From: Ascidiella aspersa
Taxonomy: Eukaryota
Reading direction: 5' to 3'
Length of the DNA stretch: 64,000 nucleotides
Assembly: GCA_963924565.1 (NCBI GenBank)
Contig: OZ004607.1
Span: forward strand, 28,520,001-28,584,000
The first letter of the stretch is position 1. Each line of letters opens with the position of its first letter. Under the pieces are notes generated by a model. That model was not told where the DNA came from. It did not search any database and saw only the letters and a program-made list of their open reading frames with translations. Both the position numbers and the translations under genes were made by a program. This document shows, piece after piece, positions 1 through 11,240 of the stretch.

Positions 1-193
1 TATTTAAAGTAATTTATGTAGGTTTATTATGCTTTATAATAATTAAATTCTGAATTTGTTTCTTGACTGTAATAAAGATTTTCAGTAGATTTTGCATTTA
101 TTTTATAGGTAGAATCTTTCAATGTTGCTAATGTGCTAAAACTTTTTTATTTGATTAACCTACTATATTTAAGTAAAATAATAAACAATTAGG

Positions 194-3100
194 ATGAAAG
201 TGGTTGCCTTAATCAGGTTAGTGAAATCCAATAAGTTGTTGTGTTTATCAAGTTTGTTTTAATGACAAACTATTTTTTTTGGCATTTTAAGTGGTGGAAA
301 AGACAGTTGCTTCAACATGATGCATTGTGTTGCAATGGGACATAAAATTGTGGCCCTTGCGAATTTGCAGCCAAAAGTAAAAGGTAACATTATTTTAATA
401 TATTTTGTAAAACCATTGTATTTGTTGTGCTGTACATTTGATAAAGGTTATCTAACTACTAAGTGGTGTTGACTTAAGTCATTCCAGAAATTAACCTTAT
501 GAACATAATAGCATAGGCAACAGTTTTAAATGATTGCTAAAAAGAACCTTATTCATTCTTTTATTAGCAGATCTAATTTTATATGCCTTATGTTACACAT
601 GATCACTCGCGAATCCTCCCATTATTTTAGGGCATAAATTATGTAAACAAATTGGTTTTGGTGGTTGTACATCCAAGTTGCCATCTTATGTAAATCATCA
701 ATACCATAGGTAAACCATGGAAATGTCTTACTTAAGATAAAATCACCTGTGTGGAATATGCTAAAATCCTTATTTGACCACTTACAAACAGTTAACTTAG
801 CAACCAGAAAAATATAAACCAAAACAAACTATTAATAATAATTTTTTGCACTTAGATGAACTAGACAGTTATATGTATCAGACTGTTGGACATGAAGGAA
901 TTGAGTTGTATTCACAAGCAATGGATCTTCCACTATACAGAAGGCATGTATACTGATATTGTGGTGGCAGTGGCCATTTTTACATGTTTAATTAATCGTT
1001 TTAAGTAATTAACGAATAACAAAAACATGCGCCCCTTTATTATTTCTTGTCTAATTATCAAAATTGTCATAACGCATCCTTACCAAAAAAAATTGTAATA
1101 TATTAATTGTAATAATATATCTATTTATCAAAGAGCTTTATGTGTCTAAACTCAAAAATGTAATGTTGACAAATTGCTACTGTGTGCGTTTTTAGTGAAA
1201 ACTTCCGGTAAATTGCCAGTGCCTTGCAAAACAGTTCGGCCACTTGTTCACAGATGACAAATAGCAAAAATTGACACATATCCTTCCTCATATTGTACTA
1301 GAATGTTCGACCTTAAAATCGCCGCTTTGAGAATTGGCACATTAGCCGCATCTCAAAACAATGATTCGAAATTGTGTTTACAGTTAGAGAAGCCGCTTTC
1401 GTGTACTAATATGGACAGATTCTAACTTCCTTGTAGGAGATAAGTTGAGCATGGAGTTAAATCATATTTCATATATTTTATGGCTAAAATTAGGAAAAGG
1501 TGAATAACAGCCATCTAAAACCTAGTCATATTGTTTCTACTTATTTTGAACTATAGTGATATTTCTTTAGAAAATACCAAATTAATATTATGCATTGTTG
1601 TTAAAAGCAAGCAACATTTTTTATGAGGAATATTTTTATTCTGAAAATAGATAGATTACTCTATTTCTTTAAAGCTAGTCTTAACATGTCTTAACTAGAG
1701 GTGTCTAAACTGTCAGGGTCACATGTACTTGCAATCCTTTTGTCTTAATGTTATTAATTTGACGTTGGTAAATGTTAATAATTGAATTCCAGTGAAACTC
1801 TTAAAATGAACTTTTACACATAAGATTTTTCATGTAGTTTTTCTGCCATAGGTTGCATTTGTGAAAAAAGTCATTTTGAGTTGCTGGGGTTATAAATAAC
1901 ATAATAAATACCAAACAAAAATGCCCAGCCTGATTACAAGTTGTTGAATATATTTGAAACTAGGTGAGAGTTGTCGTGTAAAAAGTTAACTCCTCTTTTT
2001 TCATTACTTAGCCGTTAAATACTATATATAAACTGTAATATTGACTTAATATTTGCAATTTTGTTATAAAGACTCCATTCATTTTTAGGTTCATTGAAGG
2101 ATCTTCCCATTCTAAGCAGATGAATTATGCAACAGATGCCTTGGATGAAGTGGAGGATTTGTACAAATTGCTAAAACAAATTAAAGTGTGTTGTGCGATT
2201 GGTTAGATTTATTTTTACTTTGTGATATGATTTGTTGTTGTTTTATTTTTGATGTTGATGTATGTTTGTATACTTTTATTAAATTTTGCCCGAGGCCTAC
2301 TTTTTCTTGAGTTTTGTTTTTTATTAAACTACACTTTTGAATAAACGTTTTAAGGGTGAACTTGAATTTGATGCAGTCTCATGTGGTGCAATCCTTTCTG
2401 ATTACCAACGAATCCGTGTTGAACATGTGTGTCAAAGGTTGGATCTGGTTTGTCTGTCTTATTTATGGAGACAAAACCAGCAAGAACTAATGCAGGTTGG
2501 TAATATCAACTACAATGACTAATTTGCAAGCTAATTAAATTGCATTGCCTTGTTGTTTTTCTTGTCCCTTAACTACCAACTTTTTTAAGTGGAATTTCCA
2601 AACTATTTTTTTATTATTTAAAATAAAAATAAGTTAATGTTGCAAAATAAAGAAATGTTAACTATTAAGTGTTCATAAAAAACTACCCAAGTATTTTCAT
2701 TAAGGACATGATTGATATGGAGGTTGAAGCAGTGATTATTAAAGTTGCTGCACTTGGGTTAAATCAGAATCATCTTGGAAAGACATTGAATGAAGTGCAA
2801 CAGCATCTTTTGAAATTGGTAGTGATTTATTGGATGCAATTGGTTTCATAATGTTTACATTCTACTGCTTAATTTTAGAATCAAAAGTATGGCTGTCACA
2901 TTTGTGGTGAAGGGGGGGAATATGAAACTTTTACAACTGATTGTCCATTGTTTAAAAGAAAAATTGTGATGTGAGTGATTTTCTTTAGAGTATACAAGTA
3001 TTCTTCAATTAACACAAAACATTTTTAATTATATGTAAAAATGTTTTAGAGATAAAAGTAAAGTAATTGTTCATTCTGATGATTTTTGTGGCGCACCTGT

Positions 3101-5553
3101 GGCCTATTTACGCCTGGAATCCTTACATCTAGAAGACAAGACACACAATCTACAAGCCTTAAAAATACTAAGCGAAAAATATATAGTGAATTTTCAAGAT
3201 ATTGATTTTGACAGTATCAGCCTCCACAGTAAAATGACCAAGGTTGGTAAGCAAAGTTTTCAAGCATTTAATCGGTGGTTATATTTAACTAAATTAGGTT
3301 TGGGAATAAAAATATAGGTTTTTCAATGGTCACATGTGATGTAATTGCTATTCATGCAGAATTCTTCTTTGAGGAATAACAGTCTTTTATCCAGTGTCAA
3401 TAACCAAAAGGAACCAGTTTTAATAAAATGTTATGAACAATATTGTGCAATAAGCAATCTGTCAGGAAACGTTGTTGAAAAAAGCAGTGTTGATAGTGTA
3501 CAAAAAGCGGCAAAGCATGTTTTAACACAACTAGTTGGTATGTCAATTTGTCATAATTCTGTCCTGTATAAGTACTATCACATATTTTTTTCAAATTCCA
3601 TATAAATGAAACTTTGTGTTAAAATATTTTACTGTTTCCAGAACTATTGAAAGAAAATGGACACACAACCAAAGATGTCTGTTACATTCATCTGTATATT
3701 GGCGATATGTCTGACTTTATTGCTATCAACAATATTTACAAAGAGTTTTTTGCATATAACCCACCAGCCCGAGTATGTATTGGTTTGCCAATATTAAGTG
3801 AGGAGAACACCAACTTAAACACTGTACTTACTCTGGACTGTGTGTCCTGTAAATCAGATTCTGACATTCATTCAAAAGTAATGCATGTGCAAGGAATTTC
3901 ACATTGGGCACCTGCCAATATTGGTGAGAATTGCTGGCTATATCATTTCAAAATAAAATTTTATTTGCTAAACAGTACAATATTTGTTTTGACATTTAGG
4001 TCCTTATAGTCAATGTGTGCAAAGGGGTGATTTATTTTTTGTTGCTGGGCAAATCGGTTTGTTGCCTGGTACAATGGAACTTATTGAAGGTGGATGTTTT
4101 TCTCAAGCCTGTCTCTCTTTACAACATGCCCATGTAATTATTTTGGTTTTATAGGAATGTTTAGAAAATAAATGTTACTGTTTTGTAGTCTGTGCTGCAA
4201 GCAATGAAGAACGATCTAGGAAGTGGAAACATAACACAATGTGTGTGCTACATAACAAACAGAAGTTATTTAAATGCTGCCCAAAATGCTGAAAAATATG
4301 TTATGGGTAAGAGCATTTCCATATTTTGCACAGTTGTAATGAAATTGATATTCTTATAGCCCTATATTATAGAATCCCTTAAAAACAGAACTTCTGTGTT
4401 TTTTGTGTATCAATTAGGTGCTGGGGTTATCCTTCCTGTGTTATATGTGGTCATACCTCAACTACCTAAAAATGCGCTTGTTGAATGGCAAGTTATTGCA
4501 TCTTCAAGCCAAACAACAATTCCAGTTTGTTTATATACCTCCGGTTTGTATATTTTGTGGGGGGATTTAAGCAAAACTCATGAAAATGCTTACTGTTATT
4601 TTGAAAAGACAAATCACTATAAAAATGCCAAAGTAAAAAAAAAAGCTGGTTAATTTAGAAAAATGTTATGTAAATAGTTTAAATACAACAAAATTATAAT
4701 TGTTGAAAATTAACAAACACCTAGTTATCGAAATAGGAAATATGTTAACTGCAAATCACAAGCCAAACAGATAGCCAATACCGTTTAATACATTTGTCCA
4801 AATCAGAGATAAACAACTAATTCAAAAACAGAGTTCGAGTATACCGTATATTGCTCTAATAAAAATATAATACAGCTAAAATGCTGTTAATAATACCCAA
4901 GAGTCGAGACTAAATTATTTTGATAAAAATCTAACTGAACAACAATTTTAAAGAGCTGGAAATAGTTTTTTTTTTAATTTCTAAACGACTTCTGTGTGTT
5001 TGTAATCTATTTTGACTTGAATTATCTATGAAATATTTTTGCCGACCCTGCTCCATGCTAAACAAAAAACATTATAATGGTTCATGTTAAAAAAAGAACC
5101 ACTAACATAAACCATGTATTCTTAAGCCATTATATTATTTCATGTTTAAAATATATTATTATACAAAAAATTGTGCAATACCCAAAAAACAGAGTACTTG
5201 AATTTCAGCTATGAAACCAAACTTATCTTTATTGGACACATTCAACAATTTGCTAAATGAAATTAAGAGGGCTGTAAAAAAAGATAATCTGGATTGGAAT
5301 CAAGTGTTACAAATACGTCTGTTTTATGTAAAAGAGCTCGTTGGGCCACCACTTATAGCACGTGAGAATTTATATTAATTGAATGAATATCTGTTTTAAA
5401 ATCACAAAAACTATATATATTTTTTAAGAGCGGGGTGATTTAGAAGGCGACTTTCCATCCATATGTTGCATTCCAGTTCAAGCCATTTTTGGAAGAGAAG
5501 CTAAAAGTGAACTTTCAATGGCTGCATTTGGTTTAATTGTTGCAAAATCATAA
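194..5553 (+). CDS. DPH6: Diphthine--ammonia ligase (diphthamide synthase) with C-terminal RidA/YjgF-like domains, 15 coding exons
   Basis: Frame-consistent exons: 194-216, 292-383, 856-943, 2089-2185, 2355-2495, 2705-2818, 2879-2970, 3050-3242, 3360-3537, 3642-3923, 4000-4133, 4189-4306, 4418-4543, 5209-5361, 5429-5553. Motifs: MKVVALISGGKDSC (PP-loop), [52 protein letters not shown], then RidA-like [25 protein letters not shown] and [10 protein letters not shown]. The last three exons are less certain. Confidence 0.93.
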
Positions 5554-5962
5554 CCATCATTTTTATACCAGATACCAGGCTGGAAAGCCACGGTAAAATA
5601 CCATTGGCTCCCGCTCCAGCCCCTGGTAGTTTTCAAACTTTTCTTAGCTTTACTTATTTATATAATGTCCAAAGCCTAGCCCTGGCCTCACAAACAAAAA
5701 AAAATGACTCCAGCTCCGTTTCCCAGACCTGTTGAACACCGTTAAAAAGGATTTAACTGAAATCAGTTCGAAATCAGGAATGCAGTGCAAACAAGTACAA
5801 GGTAAAAAAACAATGAACCTGTGGGGAGGTTAGAACTGACGATAAACATTGACATACTGGGACATTGTTCTACCAACTGAGCAACACTGGATTAAGGGGA
5901 GAAAGTCGATAAATCTTATCACTGCTGCATCCTGTTCAAACATGGGGATGAACAGCCTAGAT

Positions 5963-6404
5963 CAGGGGTGGTCAACCACTCAGATACCAAGAGCCGCATT
6001 AGTTACTTGGTTAACCGAAAAGAGCCACACCTCACACACATGGAACGAAAAGAATAGCCTATCACTCCTTTTCTTACTCACATCCACAAAGCCATCGCAA
6101 AAATCGCGAAAAGAGTGCCTTTATTTACTTAAAAAGCCAAAATTGTAATTTACAAGGAGATGTGACACGTTGAATGAAAAAGTACACGTTTTTCGATATA
6201 ATGTGAATTATTAATATTATTTGGGCATATTGTTTGCGTTTAACTTGTTTCAAAAGTGTTACTAAAAATATAATGACCTTAAGGCAAAAAGTTTTAGTCG
6301 GAACCTAACAAAATCGAAACACTCTAAAATCATATGTGCAACACGAAAGAGCCGACTATAACTCGGTAAAGAGCCGCATGCGGCTCGCGTGTTGGCCACC
6401 CCTG
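5963..6404. mobile_element. Non-autonomous hAT (Charlie/Buster-like) MITE
   Basis: TIRs caggggtggtcaac and gttggccacccctg (13/14). Perfect 8-bp TSD gcctagat at 5955-5962 and 6405-6412. Repeated subterminal aagagcc motifs. Confidence 0.9.
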
Positions 6405-6914
6405 GCCTAGATTAAGCAACAAAGCCATGGAATCCACTTTGGTCAGCACTACTTAACAGGGCTAATCAAGTTTTTTATCATTTGGCAAAAGTTTCATATT
6501 TGTTATTCAAAACAAACTGTTTATGTGGCAATTAAAATGAAATACATTACTTTATTGTGTAGTAATTCTAAGTTTTATGGTATTTGCAAACTAACAATGT
6601 AATGAATTTTGCGCATTTACTTTCAAATTATGATTTCTTTCTTTGCCTGTGATATGTTGTAGTCATAATTTTCTGTCTTGCCAACATATGTAATTTTCAA
6701 CAGACTTACAAATAATATTGTTTGAAACTTTGACACTGTTGGGAAACAGAAAAATAATGATACTTATGCAAAGTCTGCATAACTTGCACTTCAACATCCC
6801 TAGTGTTTTTCAAGCAATCCTCTGGCATTAGTACTTTAAATTAACCATAACCCTGTTTTAACCTAATTTAATTTTACATTTTAGAAATAATAGAATTGTT
6901 TAAAAGGTAACACA

Positions 6915-7670
6915 ATGTTTGAAGAATTAAACCGTTTAGCTGGCTGGTCGGTTAAATCACTACCTGAAAAAGAGGTGCTACTGATCACTGACCAAGGATG
7001 TGACGGTTCATTTCTGCTGTCTCACTTCATCTCAATGTACCTAAAGGCAAAACAGCCTGTGATATTAATAACTGCTGCACAGTCCCAGACGCACTACAAG
7101 GTGGTTTGTTCAAAATTGGGAGTCAACTTAGAAAAGGCAGAGAATAATAAACAACTTGTCGTCCTGGATTTGTTAAAACTAAGCCTAGATGACTACATGC
7201 ACAAGAGCAGTGCTGGTAATAAATTGACAAATTTGTTTAATGATTTGCGGAACCAAGTGTTTAATGTTATTGATGAAATGTCCACAGCAGACTCCAACGT
7301 TCTTGTTATTTTTGATGATCTATCAATGCTTTGTAGTCTGGGTTTTGACAAAGAAGAAGTGATAAACTTTTTTCACAGCATGGCTGTTTTAAGGCACTTC
7401 ACAAATGCCACATTCCTTACCCTTTTACATTGGGACAATGAGTACCAACAAACAGAAGTTCTAGCTAGTTGTCAGTACTACTGTACTGGTGAACTACAGG
7501 TGAAGGGACTGGACACTGGCTACTGTAAAGATATTCACGGAACACTGACCCTTGTACAGAAGCATACTAAAAACTTTGGCACTGTTTTTAACCGGACATT
7601 ACGACAATATAAAGTTAAAGACCGCACACTATCGCTATTTGCACCAGGAACCTCAAGGGCTGTACTATGA
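6915..7670 (+). CDS. ELP6: Elongator complex subunit 6, uninterrupted 251-aa ORF
   Basis: Contains MFEELN, DGSFLLSHF, QSQTHY..V..KLGVNL, VIFDDLS.L, GLDTGYCKDIHGTL and the C-terminal QYKVKDRTLSLFAPGTSRAVL, all matching the recognised ELP6 pattern. Confidence 0.92.
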   Translation: MFEELNRLAGWSVKSLPEKEVLLITDQGCDGSFLLSHFISMYLKAKQPVILITAAQSQTHYKVVCSKLGVNLEKAENNKQLVVLDLLKLSLDDYMHKSSAGNKLTNLFNDLRNQVFNVIDEMSTADSNVLVIFDDLSMLCSLGFDKEEVINFFHSMAVLRHFTNATFLTLLHWDNEYQQTEVLASCQYYCTGELQVKGLDTGYCKDIHGTLTLVQKHTKNFGTVFNRTLRQYKVKDRTLSLFAPGTSRAVL

Positions 7671-7782
7671 TAAATTTAAATATTCTACTACTTTTCTATC
7701 ATATACATTGGTGCTGCATCTGACAAAGTTGTGTTATGTTTTTTATATATATTTTATTAATATTAGGCAAGCAAACAAAATA

Positions 7783-9354
7783 CTACATTTTCTTCAGAGG
7801 CTCAATACCAAGTAATGTTAATCCATTATGAAACACTATTTTAGTACAATGAAAACACAGTAAGCGAGCTTGGGCAAGTTTTACTGCTTGTCCTTTAACT
7901 GGACATTCCCTTATAGTCGTTCCAACCAAATGACCTAAAGTATATAAATAGTCCAATAAAATAAATGGCTCGAGTCGTTCATAGGTGTTTTTGGTAATAT
8001 CAGTGTACTTAGAAAGATGTTCCAGCAAAGGCTGGATTGATGGAGTGTCGAACAGTAAGTCAGGGTCAATTGAGTATGATATTGGAACCCCACAATTTTT
8101 CTCAATACTACATAAACGGCAGTGAGTGTATTGTAAGAAAATTCCGCAGTTGCCTTTGCTGGCAACAATTGCATCCCAACTGAATTTGTAGCCTTTACTC
8201 ATAGAACCCCGTAAATCACGACAGACCAATCCAGTTAGTGCCAAAGTCTTGATCACATGATTTTCATCTTCAACATCTCTTTTTGTAGTGTTGTGCTTCT
8301 CTCTTTCCTCTTTGACTAACTTTATAGCAGTGTTAAAAACATCCTGTAGAAACATCACTTTGCCAGCCCTGGTTTTCATATTCACAACCCTTCCAAACAT
8401 AATATGCTGTATTTTATTCGCACTCTGTTTGGCCCAATTGTGTCCCAGAACTTCCAAAGAGGCAAATAACTGCTTAAAATGCACCTCTTGAGCAAGGTCT
8501 GTAACATATATCATTTTATCAAATTTTAAGTTCTCATAGCGATCAATAGCAGCAGCAATGTCTCTTGTCAAATATAAAGTCGTACCATTGCTTCTTGCCA
8601 GAATAGCATTAGTTTCATAACTAGGTGCCTCTTTTAACCAACTAGACTGAGACAAATTTAAAGATATGGTTCCATCTTTATTTTTGTCAAGGATGTCTAG
8701 TTGCTTGGAGATAATATTTTTAGCCTGTTCCACATATAGAGATTCCCCTGAATATGAATCAAACGAAATCCCAATGTCTTTGTAAAACACTTTGAATTCT
8801 TTAATGCTTAAGGAACGTGCCAACTTCCAAAATTCTAACATCTCACCATTTTCCATTTGTAGAAAAAGATTTTGTGCTTGTTGGCGAATTTCAGGGTTAC
8901 TCTCTGATTCCTGCGAAACTTTAACATAAATATTATAAAGGTATGAAAGTGGGTTTTTGTAAAGATCATCCACATTTCCATACAGTTTAACTCCAATTGC
9001 CAAAAGTGCAAACTGAATACCCCAGTCGCCAAGGTAATTCATCTTAAATACATCATGACCAGCAGCAGACAAAATATTGCTGAGGGTATTGCCAATCAAT
9101 GTGGACCGAAAGTGACCAACATGAAACTTTTTTGCAATGTTTGGGGAACTGAATTCTACAATGACTTTTTCTTTTTGTAATCTTCTGAAGTATTCTGTGT
9201 GAAATCCGTACTTAGACTTTAAACTTGGTATATCCTCGAGTACATTGTAAATGCTTTCATTGGTTTGACCATTAGCATATGTAGAGAGAAAAGCAAAATG
9301 TTTTTTTCCACCAAACACATATTGACTCCATCGGAAACGTATAAAGTGTAACAT
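7783..9354 (-). CDS. RARS2: Mitochondrial arginyl-tRNA synthetase, uninterrupted ORF (523 aa from ATG 9354)
   Basis: Class I HIGH region VEFSSPNIAKKFHVGHFRSTLIGN, plus NYLGDWG, SYSGES, GTTLYLTRDIAAAIDR, NMKTRAG, LQYTHCRL and C-terminal LGIEPLKKM. The N-terminus MLHFIRFRWSQ is basic and lacks acidic residues, like a presequence. The ORF-track start at 9387 is a TTG inside the upstream acceptor region. Confidence 0.93.
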   Translation of the reverse strand: MLHFIRFRWSQYVFGGKKHFAFLSTYANGQTNESIYNVLEDIPSLKSKYGFHTEYFRRLQKEKVIVEFSSPNIAKKFHVGHFRSTLIGNTLSNILSAAGHDVFKMNYLGDWGIQFALLAIGVKLYGNVDDLYKNPLSYLYNIYVKVSQESESNPEIRQQAQNLFLQMENGEMLEFWKLARSLSIKEFKVFYKDIGISFDSYSGESLYVEQAKNIISKQLDILDKNKDGTISLNLSQSSWLKEAPSYETNAILARSNGTTLYLTRDIAAAIDRYENLKFDKMIYVTDLAQEVHFKQLFASLEVLGHNWAKQSANKIQHIMFGRVVNMKTRAGKVMFLQDVFNTAIKLVKEEREKHNTTKRDVEDENHVIKTLALTGLVCRDLRGSMSKGYKFSWDAIVASKGNCGIFLQYTHCRLCSIEKNCGVPISYSIDPDLLFDTPSIQPLLEHLSKYTDITKNTYERLEPFILLDYLYTLGHLVGTTIRECPVKGQAVKLAQARLLCFHCTKIVFHNGLTLLGIEPLKKM

Positions 9355-9377
9355 TATATCAGCATGAAGGTTGTTGC

Positions 9378-9441
9378 CTGCAGACAAAAAAACAATGATA
9401 AATAATTAACACGACCAGTAGATTACACTTGATAAAATTAC
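9378..9441 (-). other. Candidate 64-nt intron and/or trans-splice acceptor between ANAPC11 and RARS2
   Basis: On the minus strand: donor AAG|GTAATT 7 nt after the ANAPC11 stop, and acceptor TTGTTTTTTTGTCTGCAG|GC 23 nt before the RARS2 ATG. The length matches neighbouring short introns. Confidence 0.65.
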
Positions 9442-9448
9442 CTTTATA

Positions 9449-9786
9449 CTAAGAACCTTCTGATTTTGTTTCAACTTCTTTAAACTTCCATTCTTGTCTA
9501 CACATGGGACACTGTTGATTCATCTGCTGAGATTGGAGCCATTTTAGAATGCAGTGCATATGAAAACAATGGCTACATTGGCCCCAAACTGCAAAACAAC
9601 ATATATATTAAACAGAACATTAAAAAATATGCCAAACTTTGTTATACCTATTGGGCAATCATCTCCAGCTGTTTTGCAGTTAGAGCAACAATATTCAAAA
9701 GGGTATCGGCAGATGCCACAATTGTCGTCTGAAGCCTGCCAATGCCAACTTACGACGGCAAACCATTTGTTAATTTTAACCTTCAT
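9449..9786 (-). CDS. ANAPC11: Anaphase-promoting complex subunit 11 (RING-H2), 2 exons
   Basis: Exons 9786-9648 and 9588-9449 with a 59-nt GT-AG intron give MKVKINKWFAVVSWHWQASDDNCGICRYPFEYCCSNCKTAGDDCPIVWGQCSHCFHMHCILKWLQSQQMNQQCPMCRQEWKFKEVETKSEGS*. Confidence 0.96.
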
Positions 9787-10839
9787 CCGGGTATCTGGGC
9801 CAGTTTGTTAATTGACTAAAAGTTTGGTTATCAATTATCAAACTCTGGCAGTAGTGCAAACCGATTTTGGTAAAATGTTTTATGCAAGTTTTAGAATGTT
9901 TTCAAAACTGTTTACCACAACATTTCTTTTTTGGAATTGTTTTATCCTTATTGTAGGTTTAGCTAAAACACGCAAAATTGCAAGTCATCAGACATCCTAA
10001 TAACTTCGGGCTCTATCTCCCCGATTCACTGTTAGCAACGATTTTTTTTTTGAAGGCTATGTTATAAATAAAAATAAAGACCTAAACTTGGGTGGCCATA
10101 TTCAATAACGCACAACCTCGAAAGAAACATACTGTTCTCTTTCTATAAGGAAGAACTTTTAACTTAGATTTAAAAAAGATGCTTAATGCATTAAAACATA
10201 TTATTTAAGTTTAACACATTGCTCTCTATAATGGATTTGAGTCGTAGCAACAAGCAGTAGGTCTTGTGTAATCGCAAGCGCAAAGGAGTTTCCGGTTACC
10301 ATAAACGCGTACCGTAGGTCTAGTTTTTTCAGAGCAGGCCTGCTGATGAGACAGGGGTGCGAGCATATTTTGTACAATGTGCGCACTTATTTTTAGAATG
10401 TGCACATTTTCACTGGTGTGTACATGCTTCTGGTATTACGGTCTGGCGCAAAAAGCTAGCGTCGTCCGGTTTGCGCATAAACGCGTTGCTAGCGTTAACG
10501 GCAAATTTCGTCGCTTCTAACCGAAAGCGTCAAAAGTTGAAATATTTTATCTTTCCGCAACCTAAAGCGTTTGAGTTAGCATTAGCGTAAGCGAACATTC
10601 ACAATGCCACTAAGAACTATTCCATTGGGCTAACCTGTAATTATACAAAAAAGTACCGCTATAAGTTACTGTTATCAAAATTTGTGATTTATTTTTATTG
10701 TTTACCTATAGTTAGGTTGGTTAAAAATTGTAGTTTACACAATTGGCCATTATAGATTACTTTGGATGCTACTTTTTGCATTTACATTAGTAGGCTAATG
10801 GTGGCTACAAATATAGTGTCCGGGGTCCATGACCTATAG

Positions 10840-11240
10840 CAGGGGCCGGCAACCTACGGCCCGCGGGCCGGGTTCGGCCCGCCAATGTTATTCATCCGCC
10901 CGCCACCTATTTCACAAACTAGACACGAGTCCATTTCACATACTTTTTGACTATTTTACGTAAGTGCCAAAAATTTTCGCGCTTCGCGCGAATGATCCTT
11001 CTGCTTCCGGTTTGTTTACGTTTTAATGCTGTCTTTGAAAATAGACCAGCGCTTCTTTCCGTTGCGGCGTGGAAGGCTGATAAGTGCGTCGCGGACAAAC
11101 GTATTATTTTCGGCAATGTAATAGGCTACAAACTTGCAAGAAATAAAAAAAAATACCGGTACCGTATGTAAAACAAAAAAAATCGCGCTCGATTTTGAAT
11201 TTGATTTTGCCCCCGACTAGAAAAAGGTTGCCGACCTTTG
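10840..11240. mobile_element. Non-autonomous hAT (Charlie/Buster-like) MITE
   Basis: TIRs caggggccggcaacct and aggttgccgacctttg (13/16). TSD acctatag/acctataa (7/8). Subterminal ggcccgcgggcc motifs. Confidence 0.8.

Noticed and set aside
5576-5730. Possible MITE just after the DPH6 stop; similar weak candidates at ~29578-29632, ~33698-33915 and ~55050-55349
   Set aside because: The termini are only loosely inverted and no convincing TSD is visible. They are probably relics, but I cannot support them as features.
10343-10375. ctgatgag resembling a hammerhead ribozyme core
   Set aside because: No correctly placed GAAA or stem II follows it.
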